A stretch of DNA of 60,680 nucleotides, filler included, from 5 parts of 5 records of this genome joined end to end with filler, not necessarily neighbours in it; one strand, 5' to 3'; shown: positions 40,147-50,875, numbered from the whole stretch's first letter. Made by a program: numbers and translations. The notes: generated from the letters alone by a model not told the origin.

Positions 40147-40884
40147 CTATCTAATTTGATTAATACTTTCTAAAAGTTCCTCATATCTACCTGAACCTTT
40201 AAGTTGTCTCATCCCTTCGTCAAATAGTGTGATTATTTCTTCTGATTTAGGATGTTTTTTAGATACGATAATATATGTTTCTGATTGCTGCAGAGGTTTA
40301 GAATGAATAGCTATCTTATCAGCATCTGAGCTTGATAAAGTTTTGTTTTTCAAAATAGTTCCACCAATATCATTAGCAGGGAATGCGTCAATTCTTCCAG
40401 CGGCAAGTTTCATCAAGTTACTCTCCTGAGTATTAACAATATCAACTTTTATATTAGCATCTTTAAGTATAGCAGTAGTACTAAACCCTCTGGCAGAACC
40501 AATTTTATATTTGTGTAAATCCTCTAGTGTTTGCCAGTCAAAACCACTTCCCTTTTTATAAAAAAAGACATTTTTAGTATTAATAATTGGAATTTCATTA
40601 AATAAAAAATTTTTTTCTCTTTGCTGGTTTTTAATATATAAAATTGAACCATCAAGTATTATATTCTTGGCATCTTCATAACCTCTTTTCCAAGGAAGAT
40701 ATTTAAATTTTACTTCTACACCGCTTAGTTTAAATGCCTCTTCTACAATTATTTCTCCAATTCTTCCCTTAGAATTTTTACTTGATGCATATGGTTCCCA
40801 TTCACCTGATGCTAATAATACACTATCAACTCCCCAAGAGATAGTAAATAAACTCAGCATAAATAATACAATTAATTTTTTCAT
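40147..40884 (-). CDS. Family-3 extracellular solute-binding protein
   Basis: Signal peptide, GEWEPY, LPWKRG, GRIDAF, GM..LK.SGRY. Confidence 0.88.
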   Translation of the reverse strand: MKKLIVLFMLSLFTISWGVDSVLLASGEWEPYASSKNSKGRIGEIIVEEAFKLSGVEVKFKYLPWKRGYEDAKNIILDGSILYIKNQQREKNFLFNEIPIINTKNVFFYKKGSGFDWQTLEDLHKYKIGSARGFSTTAILKDANIKVDIVNTQESNLMKLAAGRIDAFPANDIGGTILKNKTLSSSDADKIAIHSKPLQQSETYIIVSKKHPKSEEIITLFDEGMRQLKGSGRYEELLESINQIR

Positions 40885-41027
40885 AATTAATACTCCTTTT
40901 CTCATTCAAAATGATAACTTCAATTCACCCTACAAATTTTTCCTAAAACTTAGATATTAATATCACCTCCCTAATTTTATATATGATGTTTCGAATATTA
41001 GAATTTGATGATGTGTTTTTTCAAAAA

Positions 41028-41054
41028 AGAGAACATTAAAAAATAATGTTCTCT
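41028..41054 (-). terminator. Intrinsic terminator of malQ
   Basis: AGAGAACATTA-AAAAA-TAATGTTCTCT preceded by an A-run on +. Confidence 0.75.
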
Positions 41055-41088
41055 AAATAAGTATATGTATAATTTAAAGTAAAGTTAT

Positions 41089-42237
41089 TTATCTAGAATA
41101 AAGTTTAGTTAATTTTTTTAGTTTTAGAGCCAAATTTTTGTTTAGATCTCTTTTACTATATCTCCATTGCCAGTTATTATCTGATTTTCCCGGTATGTTC
41201 ATTCTACCCTCTGTACCGATGCCCAATAGATCTTGTAATGGCACTATAGCGAGATTAGAGTTGGTATTAAATGCAGCCTGAATGAAATCCCAAGAAACAC
41301 TATCTGATTTAGTGTTAATTTTCAGATAATCTCTAACTGTTGACTTTTCCTCTTCAGCAATTGAGCTGAACCATCCAACAGTTGTATCATTATCATGAGT
41401 TCCGGTATAGATAACAGAGTTTGTTATGCATTTATGAAGTGAATGATCACTGTCGTCTGTCCCGTCAAAAGCAAATTGAAGTATCTTCATTCCCGGGAAG
41501 TCGAAATGATCTCTAAGCTCAACCACATCAGGAGTAATTATTCCTAAATCCTCTGCAATAATAGGCAGTTTTCCTAATTCCCTTTCTATTGCACTAAATA
41601 ACTCTTTACCGGGGCTTTTATACCATTGACCGTTTATAGCTGTCTCCTCATTAGCCGGTACTCCCCAATATGCAGCAAAACCTCTAAAATGATCAACTCT
41701 GATAATATCAGAAACTTTAAGGTTAGCTTTAATTCTTTCTATCCACCAAGTGAAATCCTCTTCCTGCATTTTTTCCCAGTTATATAATGGATTTCCCCAT
41801 AATTGTCCTGTTTCACTGAAATAATCAGGTGGCACACCTGCTACTTTATACGGTCTTCTCTCTTCGTCAAATAAAAACAGATCAGGATTTGCCCATGCAT
41901 CAGAACTATCAAGTGAAACAAAGATAGGGATATCTCCTATGATCTTAATTCCGTTAATATTTGCATAATTTTTGATTTCTCCCCATTGAATGAAGAATAT
42001 AAACTGTATGAACTTTCTAAGAGAGATATCATTAGCAAGCATTTCACTGTATTTTTCAATTGCGTGATCCTCTCTAAAAAGAATCTCTTTGTCTTCCCAG
42101 TCAACCCAACACTTTTCATCAAAATGAGTTTTTATAGCTCGATAAAGTGCATAATCATCAAGCCACTCTGCATTTTCTTTGCAAAATCTTTCGAACTTGT
42201 TGTTAAGAAGAAAATCATTTTTTTTCTTAAAATTTTC
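41089..42237 (-). CDS. malQ: 4-alpha-glucanotransferase (GH77), 5'-truncated
   Basis: Frame open to the contig edge (WLDDYALY); GVPPDYFSETGQLWGNP, RVDHFRG, AEDLG, TGTHDND. Confidence 0.96.
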   Translation of the reverse strand, partial: ENFKKKNDFLLNNKFERFCKENAEWLDDYALYRAIKTHFDEKCWVDWEDKEILFREDHAIEKYSEMLANDISLRKFIQFIFFIQWGEIKNYANINGIKIIGDIPIFVSLDSSDAWANPDLFLFDEERRPYKVAGVPPDYFSETGQLWGNPLYNWEKMQEEDFTWWIERIKANLKVSDIIRVDHFRGFAAYWGVPANEETAINGQWYKSPGKELFSAIERELGKLPIIAEDLGIITPDVVELRDHFDFPGMKILQFAFDGTDDSDHSLHKCITNSVIYTGTHDNDTTVGWFSSIAEEEKSTVRDYLKINTKSDSVSWDFIQAAFNTNSNLAIVPLQDLLGIGTEGRMNIPGKSDNNWQWRYSKRDLNKNLALKLKKLTKLYSR

Positions 42238-42337
42238 NNNNNNNNNNNNNNNNNNNNNNNNNNNNNNNNNNNNNNNNNNNNTTAATTAATTAANNNNNNN
42301 NNNNNNNNNNNNNNNNNNNNNNNNNNNNNNNNNNNNN
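42238..42337. other. Artificial contig linker
   Basis: N44-TTAATTAATTAA-N44. Confidence 0.99.
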
Positions 42338-42458
42338 CGCACTGGCATTATTTCGGATAATCATTTTACTTTTTGTATCAAAACAAAAAGTATCGCCCCC
42401 GGCAGGGGTATTTTAATAAGAAGCATAATAACAGGTATATCTTATCTAAAGCATAAAA

Positions 42459-43082
42459 TCAAACTTTACCCTTTAACTCTTTAAACTTAATCATCTCAAT
42501 CCCCAGTTTTTCCCACTCCTCATATGGCAATGGTATATTGGGCAACTCCTTTATCGCATCTTTAATTACAATTACTTTTTCAACCCATTTGGCCAGTCCG
42601 GTAACAGCATAATGAACACAAACATTCGTAGTTACTCCGTACACTACCACTGTTTTAGGTGAAAGTATTTTTAGAATCTCATTGGTATATTGGTTCCCTT
42701 CAAAAACATCAAAAGCATCTTTTCGAATAACAACATTCCGGAAAGTTCGAACATTATCCAGGGTAAAATATTGCTTGTCCCAATCGAATACAACAGAAAC
42801 CTCAGGCTGCGTTTCCAATACATATTCTGCTCCCTTTGTTTCGGCCATACAGTGCTCCGGAAAAGTAGTGATAAAATCAGGCTGATCGGATAACTCTGCA
42901 GAATTGGAATAGTGATAATCGGCCGTATTCACTACTTTAATTTCTTTATGTTTAGCCAACAAGGTAAGTTGTTGCCATACCGGTTTTAGTAATTCAGCTC
43001 CGGCAACATAAAGTTTCCCATTGGGTTCAACAAAATCTACCTGAGTATCCACATTCCAGAAAATAACTTCGTTTGCTTTCAT
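42459..43082 (-). CDS. pncA: Nicotinamidase / isochorismatase-family cysteine hydrolase
   Basis: VDTQVDF, D.H, FPEHC, RK, GVTTNVCV (Asp-Lys-Cys triad). Confidence 0.8.
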   Translation of the reverse strand: MKANEVIFWNVDTQVDFVEPNGKLYVAGAELLKPVWQQLTLLAKHKEIKVVNTADYHYSNSAELSDQPDFITTFPEHCMAETKGAEYVLETQPEVSVVFDWDKQYFTLDNVRTFRNVVIRKDAFDVFEGNQYTNEILKILSPKTVVVYGVTTNVCVHYAVTGLAKWVEKVIVIKDAIKELPNIPLPYEEWEKLGIEMIKFKELKGKV

Positions 43083-43224
43083 TGCACCTTTTTTTAGAAG
43101 TAAATGTCAAATAAAGTGTTTACCAAATACTTCTATAAAGTTAAGTACAATTCTTTACAGCCCGAACTTCTTGTCTGTTTTTATAAGCCAGAAAAATGAT
43201 TCTGCTCTTCTAAGCGCTATGATA

Positions 43225-45384
43225 TTAATTGTGATGTTTTAGGTCGAATTTTAGTTTTTTTAGCTCTTCAAGTTTGTGCACCGGTTCATCAACTTCATCG
43301 GGAAATGGAAGACCAGAAAAGGTTTGAAAATACAACAAACAAGCATCACGCCACCAAATTGCTTCTTCAAGGTGTTTTTCCAGCTTTTCCTGTACCCCGT
43401 CAAACTGTGCTGCATTAATCTCCGGTTCTAAAGTATTCCACACCTCCTGAAAACTACGCACATCGCCAACACCGCTTTGATAGCGCAAACACAGTTCATT
43501 CCAAAGCGTATTTCCGTTTTGCAATTTGAAATCCCAGGGTAAATGATGGAACCACAATAAAAATTCGGGAGGACACAAAGCCGGATCATCAAAAGTACTT
43601 CTTACCGGTTCAAAATATTGTTCTACGGCATTACTGCCGCCTGACGAACGATTAAAACCAATCCCCAAACTATCTGCTTTATGGTAATAGGTTGGCAACC
43701 AATCAGATCTGGCTCCCGGGATTACACACCAAGGTTCCGGACCATAATGATGATCCCACCCCATTAGATGATGCAGTCCAAGAGGCGTCATATAATTCAC
43801 GGTAGCCTCCCTGGAGTCCATCATTATATTTTCTATTTTGCTTACCGCTTCTGCTTTTTGAGTTAAAGTTTGGTGAATCCACTCACTGGCAATTTCTTCC
43901 ACACCCTTATCCGGATTCCAGGCTAAACGACCAAAAACATACCAGTTGGCCTGTGCAAAAGTATGTCCGCACCAGTTGGTATCTGAACCGATATTTGCCA
44001 CCCCGGCTATTCCACTATACTCGTGCTGAAATATTCTTCCATCTGTTATCCTGGCAACTGTGCTACCTTCACCCTTTGCATAAGTATCGGTTTGGAGAAA
44101 CTCCTGATACAGGGTACCCAGGTATACCAGATGAGTAGAAAATCCGAGGTACTCCTGGGTGATTTGCAACTCGGGCATTACAGCTGTTTTTTGCATTGCT
44201 CCAAACAAGGAGCTTATAGGTTCGCGTGGTTGAAAATCAACAGGTCCGTTTTTAACCTGCACCAAAACGTTATCCCGAAACTCGCCATCAAAAGGCATAA
44301 ACTCTTCGTAAGCTTGTTTGGCTCGGTCGTCGCCTAAGGGATTATACACAAAAGCACGCCACATTACAATTCCATTATGTGGTTTAAGTGCATCAGCCAA
44401 CATATTGGCACCATCAACATGGGTACAACCAAAATCCATTGGCCCGGGTTGCCCTTCGGAATTTGCTTTTACAAGAAAACCTCCAAAATCGGGTATCGTG
44501 GTATAAATTTCATTCACTTTTTCCTCCCACCATTGTATTACTGCTTTGTCTTTTGGGCTAGAAGTGGGTAAACTACCCAAAACTCCCGGAGATGCAAAAT
44601 TAACCGACAAGTATACTTTTATACCGTAAGGACGCATTTCGTCTGCTATAACTTTAACCTTTTTTAAATAGTCTGCAGAAAGCACATCCGGATTTGCATT
44701 AACATTGTTAAGCACTGTTCCGTTAATACCAATCGATGCATTGGCTCTTGCATATTCTTTGTATCGCGGACTGACTATTTCTGGTAACTCTTCCCATTTC
44801 CAGATAGAACGTCCGGCATAACCACGCTCTACAGATCCATCCAGGTTGTCCCAATGGTTTAAAATACGCCTTTTGTAAGCTGGCATCTCAACAACCTTTA
44901 TTTCCTTTTTTATCTCTTCCGATTGTAGCATACGAAGATAATGGTAAACTCCGTAAAGCACTGCCTGTTCAGTCGTTCCTGTTATTATTGTCATCTCTTC
45001 ATCGTTGTCTGATTGAATAATAAATCCTTCCTGTCCAATCGAATTCAGCTCCTCTTCCGGTATCCTATCCCGAATTTCTTTGGCATCAGCCATTCCCAGC
45101 ATTATTCCACCAGTCCTGATTTTTTTTTCAACACCAAATTCCTGCCCAAATAACGATTTCAATCCTGCTGCCAATTCTTCAATGGCTACTTCCGGTTTTT
45201 CTTGTTCGTTGCAAACAACAATGGCTGTAGGCATTAAATCCCTGTTCTCATTCAAAACCGCTTTACAGGAAAGCCAGAGTTCACTTCCATCAACTTTTTC
45301 TTTAACATTATTCTTTTTCGATGAGCATCCTGCCAGACTCGACAGAACAACAATGACAGTAATAATAACACACCTATATTTCAT
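43225..45384 (-). CDS. aguA: Alpha-glucuronidase (GH67), lipoprotein
   Basis: LNHWDNLDGSVERGYAG, KANSEGQPGP, KNGPVDFQPREP, QITQEYLG; lipobox LAGC. Confidence 0.96.
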   Translation of the reverse strand: MKYRCVIITVIVVLSSLAGCSSKKNNVKEKVDGSELWLSCKAVLNENRDLMPTAIVVCNEQEKPEVAIEELAAGLKSLFGQEFGVEKKIRTGGIMLGMADAKEIRDRIPEEELNSIGQEGFIIQSDNDEEMTIITGTTEQAVLYGVYHYLRMLQSEEIKKEIKVVEMPAYKRRILNHWDNLDGSVERGYAGRSIWKWEELPEIVSPRYKEYARANASIGINGTVLNNVNANPDVLSADYLKKVKVIADEMRPYGIKVYLSVNFASPGVLGSLPTSSPKDKAVIQWWEEKVNEIYTTIPDFGGFLVKANSEGQPGPMDFGCTHVDGANMLADALKPHNGIVMWRAFVYNPLGDDRAKQAYEEFMPFDGEFRDNVLVQVKNGPVDFQPREPISSLFGAMQKTAVMPELQITQEYLGFSTHLVYLGTLYQEFLQTDTYAKGEGSTVARITDGRIFQHEYSGIAGVANIGSDTNWCGHTFAQANWYVFGRLAWNPDKGVEEIASEWIHQTLTQKAEAVSKIENIMMDSREATVNYMTPLGLHHLMGWDHHYGPEPWCVIPGARSDWLPTYYHKADSLGIGFNRSSGGSNAVEQYFEPVRSTFDDPALCPPEFLLWFHHLPWDFKLQNGNTLWNELCLRYQSGVGDVRSFQEVWNTLEPEINAAQFDGVQEKLEKHLEEAIWWRDACLLYFQTFSGLPFPDEVDEPVHKLEELKKLKFDLKHHN

Positions 45385-45819
45385 AATTCAGATTTTAATT
45401 TTCTTTACTGATAAGCAGAATTAATAACTACCGGCTTTCCTTCCCCTGGTTCATTTTCAAATTATCCTTCTTCCAAAACACTAGTTTTCAACTCCTTTAA
45501 AAAATAACAGAACAGAAAAGAACAGTCAAATATAATCATTTCTTTTGCAATTTTCAGTGTTGAAATGAAAAGTCAGCCTGCATCGTCCCGCTGGGATTAA
45601 TTGCACGAACTTTAGGCTAAAACTCTTATTTACATAACAATATGTTTTTTGAGCTGAATTAACTACCTTGCAAGATCAAAAACAAAGATTGTTAAGCCAA
45701 AAACAAATACTATATTTAATTATTATTTTCACCCAAAGTGTAATTTAAGTTGTTATACTAATACTCACTGAATAGAAAAATTTCAAATACAGTTCGCGTT
45801 TGAACTAAAAAGAATAATT

Positions 45820-48630
45820 ATGAAAAGAATCACACAATTACTGCTGGCAATTTTAGTTGTTGCCCCTTTTGTTTCGTCAGCACAAGACATGCTCAATCAG
45901 GCAGTGCCTGTAGACCCCGCTATCAGAACAGGTCAATTAGAAAATGGATTGACGTATTTTATCCGTCACAATGAAGAGCCTAAAGAACGGGTTAGTTTTT
46001 ATATGATTCAAAATGTTGGTGCCTTGCTCGAAGAAGATAACCAAAATGGTTTAGCTCACTTTCTCGAGCACATGGCCTTTAACGGCACTGAACACTATCC
46101 GGGCAAAGGATTTTTAGATTACCTTGAAAAAAACGGAGTGGCTTTTGGTCGCAACATTAACGCTTATACAGCTTTTAACGAAACAGTATACAACCTTAGT
46201 GATGTACCTTCAACTCGTGACGGATTAATTGATTCTTGTTTATTAGTTCTTCACGACTGGTCGAATTACCTGCTGTTAACCGATGAAGAAATTGACCTGG
46301 AGCGTGGTGTAATTTCAGAAGAATGGAGAACACGTCGGAATGCCGGATTCAGGATGAGAAGCCAGTGGTTTCCTGTAGTTTTTGAAGGATCGAAATGGGC
46401 AGAACGCGACATTATTGGCGATCTCGACATCATTAAAAACCATGATCCGGAAACACTTCGTAAATTTTACCACGATTGGTACCGTACCGATTTGCAGGCC
46501 ATTGCTATTGTTGGCGACATTGATGTAGATCAGGTAGAAACGAAAGTTAAGGAGTTGTTCTCAAATATTCCTGCTGTTGAAGATCCAAAACCTCGTCCTG
46601 TTTTTGAGATTCCGGAACATGACGAAACCAAATTTGTGGTTGCAACTGACGAAGAGGCCACAAATTCTTCCATTACCATTTACATAAAACACAAAGGAAC
46701 CGATCCTGCAAATAAAAATATTGACTATTTGCGAGAAAGTTATGTAGCCAATTTACATAACCAGATGTCAAGAGACCGTATTCAGGAATTACTTCAAAAA
46801 GGAAATCCTCCGTTTATCATGGGATCGGTACAGGTAAGTGGCTTTTTAAGAGGTTACGATGCCGGTTATATTTCAACAACAGCTAATCCAAATAAAGAAG
46901 ATGAAGGTCTTCATGCCATATACACAGAAGCACAACGAATTGTTCGTCATGGTTTTACCGAAGGAGAATTAAACCGGGCAAAGATTAACTTACTTACTGT
47001 AATGGAAAGTGAGTACAAACAGCGCGACAAAATAAGCAACGACCAATACGCCAGAGGCATTCAGTCGTACTACCTTGAGGGCGAACCATTAACCGATGCA
47101 GAATTTGATTGGCAATTTGGCCAGGCAATTCTTGAAACCATTACGCTGGAGGATGTAAATGCTTTGGCCAAAAAAATGATTGTTGACAAAAACCGTGTGA
47201 TTGTAATTACCGGTCCAACAACGACAACGCATTTAACACAGGAAGAGGCTTTTGCAATTATTAATGAAGTGGAACAATCAGACATTGCACCGTACGAAGA
47301 TACTGCTGAAGCGGCCTCATTAATTGAAGGAGAATTACCGAAAGCAACCTTGGTTTCCACAAAAAAGCTGGATGAATTTGACGCAGTGGAGTGGAAATTA
47401 TCGAACAATGCAACGGTAATTTATAAACATGCTGATTATGAAAAAGACGAAGTGGCATTAAGAGCCTACAGTCCAGGTGGAATTTCGTTGATTGATACTG
47501 ACGACTTACAAACAGCAAGTATGGTTTCTGGTTTTATGGGTAATTTTGGTGTTGGAGAATTTGATGCCATAACCCTGAAAAAACTCTTAACCGGTAAACA
47601 AGCAGGCGTTGGCGTTCAATTGGGTAAACTAACCGAAGGATTCAGAGGCAGCAGTACACCAAAAGATTTTGAAACCATGATGCAGCTTCTTTATTTGCAG
47701 TTTAAAAATCCACGATTCGATGAAGAAGCTTATGAAGCTCTGAAAAGTCGTTATGTAGCCTATTTATCAAACATGGCCAACAGTCCTAAGAAAATAATGA
47801 GCGACTCGTTAACCTTAATAGCAACAAATTATAACGAACGTACAAAACTAATGTCGGCAACTATGTTTGATGAAATTTCTTTTGAACAAATGAAAGAAAT
47901 TTATCTCGACCGTTTTAAGGACGTTGGCGACTTTACATTCTTTATTGTTGGCAACATTGAAGAAACTGTTGCGCAGGAAATGGCTGTAAAGTATATTGGA
48001 GCTCTGGAAGATCTTCCCGGTGAAGAAAATTGGATGGACCACAAAGTGCGAATGCCGAAAGGAGTTACTGAAAAGAAAATAGATGTTCCTCTGCAAACCG
48101 AAAAAGGCAATGTAAATGTTCTTATCCGTAAAGAGTTGGCTTATAATCCGGTAAGCAATCTCGAACTAAGTGTGTTAAAAGGAATACTTAACCTGCGGTA
48201 CATTGAGGAAGTACGTGAAAAAGAAGGAGGAACTTATGGAGTAAGCGTTGGAGCCTCATCGAACCACTATCCTTATGAAAGAAAAACGCTTCAAATGACC
48301 TTCGACACTGATCCGGAAAAGGCAGATCATTTAAAATCAATTGTTTTTAAGGAGGTTGAGAAAATTGTGGAGAATGGCCCAACACAGGTTGACCTGGACA
48401 AAGTAATTCTTAACATGAAAAAAGAAAGAGCACAGGCCAAAGAACATAATAAATACTGGATGAATGCTGTGTATAACAAGTATTACCATGGCTACAATTC
48501 CAATGCAAAAGAAAACTTCGATGATATACTGGATGCCTTAACCACCGAACAGATACAAAAATTTGCCAAAGAGTTTTATACTGATGCCGATATTGTTGAC
48601 GTGGTTTTCTTGCCTAAAAAAGCAGAATAA
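45820..48630 (+). CDS. M16-family zinc metallopeptidase (PqqL-like)
   Basis: Inverted zincin HFLEH, NAYT, ERGVI.EE; 936 aa with signal peptide. Confidence 0.95.
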   Translation: MKRITQLLLAILVVAPFVSSAQDMLNQAVPVDPAIRTGQLENGLTYFIRHNEEPKERVSFYMIQNVGALLEEDNQNGLAHFLEHMAFNGTEHYPGKGFLDYLEKNGVAFGRNINAYTAFNETVYNLSDVPSTRDGLIDSCLLVLHDWSNYLLLTDEEIDLERGVISEEWRTRRNAGFRMRSQWFPVVFEGSKWAERDIIGDLDIIKNHDPETLRKFYHDWYRTDLQAIAIVGDIDVDQVETKVKELFSNIPAVEDPKPRPVFEIPEHDETKFVVATDEEATNSSITIYIKHKGTDPANKNIDYLRESYVANLHNQMSRDRIQELLQKGNPPFIMGSVQVSGFLRGYDAGYISTTANPNKEDEGLHAIYTEAQRIVRHGFTEGELNRAKINLLTVMESEYKQRDKISNDQYARGIQSYYLEGEPLTDAEFDWQFGQAILETITLEDVNALAKKMIVDKNRVIVITGPTTTTHLTQEEAFAIINEVEQSDIAPYEDTAEAASLIEGELPKATLVSTKKLDEFDAVEWKLSNNATVIYKHADYEKDEVALRAYSPGGISLIDTDDLQTASMVSGFMGNFGVGEFDAITLKKLLTGKQAGVGVQLGKLTEGFRGSSTPKDFETMMQLLYLQFKNPRFDEEAYEALKSRYVAYLSNMANSPKKIMSDSLTLIATNYNERTKLMSATMFDEISFEQMKEIYLDRFKDVGDFTFFIVGNIEETVAQEMAVKYIGALEDLPGEENWMDHKVRMPKGVTEKKIDVPLQTEKGNVNVLIRKELAYNPVSNLELSVLKGILNLRYIEEVREKEGGTYGVSVGASSNHYPYERKTLQMTFDTDPEKADHLKSIVFKEVEKIVENGPTQVDLDKVILNMKKERAQAKEHNKYWMNAVYNKYYHGYNSNAKENFDDILDALTTEQIQKFAKEFYTDADIVDVVFLPKKAE

Positions 48631-48659
48631 TCAATCATTCATAAAAGATAGGAAAAAGG

Positions 48660-48687
48660 ACCGGGGTATTTTGCTCCGGTTTTTTTA
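48660..48687 (+). terminator. Intrinsic terminator after the M16 peptidase gene
   Basis: ACCGGGGTA-TTT-TGCTCCGGT followed by a T-run. Confidence 0.7.
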
Positions 48688-48865
48688 TGGTTGTTGCCGG
48701 GATTTTTGCTGAAATCCAGCCACCATGTGCCGGAAGGACATTGGATAAAAACTGAAAGCCTGCCTGTTTGGCAGTCCAATGTTATTAAGTTAAGAGAAAA
48801 CCGGCTCAAAGCCATATTTATTTCAGCCCGAGGCAACGTATCGGGTAAATGAAAGAGCGACATAA

Positions 48866-48905
48866 ACGCCCTGAAAGGGCAGCTTAAATTGCTCTTTCAG
48901 GGCGT
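48866..48905. repeat. REP-like inverted repeat (GCCCTGAAAGGGC type)
   Basis: ACGCCCTGAAAGGGCA-N8-TGCTCTTTCAGGGCGT; each arm is itself a small hairpin. Confidence 0.7.
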
Positions 48906-48955
48906 AGTTTGATGGGTGTAATTACAAACCTCTCAGTATTAACTTAATGAGGATT

Positions 48956-48987
48956 AAAAAAAAAGGCATCCGAATTTATCGGATGCC
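48956..48987 (-). terminator. Intrinsic terminator of the desulfidase-like gene
   Basis: A-run + GGCATCCGA-ATTTA-TCGGATGCC. Confidence 0.8.
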
Positions 48988-49113
48988 ACTCACTTCGCAA
49001 GTCTTATAAACATATTTAAAGATAAAGTCCTGTAATACGTCTATACTCCTTTTACTATTTTATCGCTGCAAAACCAAAAGATTCTACGAATTAATTATAG
49101 CGCAAACAGCACA

Positions 49114-50397
49114 TTATTCCCCCAACATCATTCGTATAATCTCTTTGTCGGTTTCGCGCATCCCCTGGCTCCCCAGCCTTCCAATATTATTAATGGTATT
49201 TTCAACCCCTTTTTTTACGATTCCTTCGCCACCATAAAACTGTTGTCCGTTTTTATACATGTGGTAGCCCAATATTCCGGCATCAACGGCCGAAGCAATT
49301 TTTCCGGCACACGACGGTTTTGCTCCGTCGCAAATAATCCCTGACACCATGGCCAGCGCATTTACGATAGTATGTGCTACCTCATCGTAGTGCCCACCAT
49401 AAAGCCAGGTTATTCCGGCACCGGCACCAACTCCTGCCGATATTGCCCCGCAGTAAGCCGACAAACGTCCTATACCGGTTTTTAGGTGTATGGTAATCAA
49501 ATTGGAAACAATCAGTGCCCGGTAAAGCTTTTCCTGATTCACCTTTAATTCCCGGGCATACTCTATTACCGGTATCGATGCAGTCATTCCCTGGTTTCCA
49601 CTACCCGAAACAATGATCACCGGCAACTCACAACCACTCATTCTCGCGTCAGAACCAGCTGCAGCCATGGCTTTTGCCCGCACCTTTATATCCTTATTTC
49701 CCCAGGCTTCAAACAAAACTGAACCAACGTTGGCTCCCCACTTTCCTCTGACTCCTTCGGTAGCGATGGCCATATTGTAATCAATCTGCCGTTGAAGTAC
49801 GTTTTCAAGCTCCGAAACATCAACCGATTCGGCGAAATCAACAATATCTTCAACATTCATAAATGAACGGTCTTTTTCCTGGGTAGTATTTAAGTCATCA
49901 CATTGCTGATCATGTTCAACAGGTTCATTGTTTCTGCGAATACGAACAATATTGGTATGATAATGCGATATTTGTACAGACACATGTGTATCTTTCACAA
50001 ATACATGCACAATTAAATCAAAAATTATATCGCTTTTAAGTGCCTTTACACAAACGTCCCTTGTTTCCAGAAACCGACCAATAGCTTCCTGTCCTTTTTC
50101 GTCAACTGAAGATATTACTTCAAGTACCTTATCTGCCTCTCCTGCCACAATTCCGGCTATTGCTGCAGCTTCAATACCTTTTAACCCACCGGTATTCGGA
50201 ACAACAACACTTTTTACATTTTTAATGATATTATCGCTGGCTTCAACAAGAACCTTTTCAGGAAGCACTCCCAATACTTTTCGTGCCATAGCCCCGGCAT
50301 AAGCAATGGCAATGGGTTCGGTACACCCCATTGCAGGCATAAGTTCTTCACGTAGAATATTTATATAGGCCCTATAATTTGAACTGGTTTTATCCAT
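49114..50397 (-). CDS. L-cysteine desulfidase CyuA/YhaM-like protein (serine dehydratase alpha family)
   Basis: PAMGCTEP, SDARMSG, SGSGNQG, LSAYCG, ICDGAKPSC. Confidence 0.9.
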   Translation of the reverse strand: MDKTSSNYRAYINILREELMPAMGCTEPIAIAYAGAMARKVLGVLPEKVLVEASDNIIKNVKSVVVPNTGGLKGIEAAAIAGIVAGEADKVLEVISSVDEKGQEAIGRFLETRDVCVKALKSDIIFDLIVHVFVKDTHVSVQISHYHTNIVRIRRNNEPVEHDQQCDDLNTTQEKDRSFMNVEDIVDFAESVDVSELENVLQRQIDYNMAIATEGVRGKWGANVGSVLFEAWGNKDIKVRAKAMAAAGSDARMSGCELPVIIVSGSGNQGMTASIPVIEYARELKVNQEKLYRALIVSNLITIHLKTGIGRLSAYCGAISAGVGAGAGITWLYGGHYDEVAHTIVNALAMVSGIICDGAKPSCAGKIASAVDAGILGYHMYKNGQQFYGGEGIVKKGVENTINNIGRLGSQGMRETDKEIIRMMLGE

Positions 50398-50425
50398 CTT
50401 TTTATATAAAAAACACAGTTAAACT

Positions 50426-50875
50426 TTATTTGATTATAAATTCAAATTCTTCATCGGTTGGAGGTGTACACATCTCGTCGTTACAACTCATCCATTGAAT
50501 ATACCCTGAAATTTTAGCCGGTTTTTCGGTAACCCAAACTTTGTGCGAGATGGTTGCCTTGTCTTTAAAGTAAGTTACCTCCATATCGAACAGTTTATCG
50601 TGCATTTTTTTAGAGGCCGTAAGCTCTACCGGTTTCCCGAATTTTTTACAATTTTCCATGGTTTCAAAATTGAACGATGTTTTTACCGGTCCACCATCGG
50701 CCATGTTCACACCATACAATTTAAATCCCATTTCAATTTTTGCCTCCGCAATAATTTCATACTGATTTCCTTTAATTGGTTTTATCTGCACATTCCATTT
50801 TACAGGAACAATCATTTGAGCCTGAGCAAAGGCTGCAAGCGCAACCAGTGCAAGTACAAAAAATATTTTCTTCAT
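50426..50875 (-). CDS. Exported DsbD N-terminal (Ig-like) domain protein
   Basis: Signal peptide, PVKW, GPVKTSF, CNDEMC. Confidence 0.82.
   Translation of the reverse strand: MKKIFFVLALVALAAFAQAQMIVPVKWNVQIKPIKGNQYEIIAEAKIEMGFKLYGVNMADGGPVKTSFNFETMENCKKFGKPVELTASKKMHDKLFDMEVTYFKDKATISHKVWVTEKPAKISGYIQWMSCNDEMCTPPTDEEFEFIIK

Noticed and set aside
42338-42392. Possible gene start (MIIRNNASA on minus) and TACTTTTTGT/ACAAAAAGTA hairpin at the contig edge
   Set aside because: Too short to assign; the hairpin could be a terminator or a repeat fragment.
48639-48863. 74-aa minus-strand ORF
   Set aside because: Runs through a terminator and repeat remnants; no coding features.
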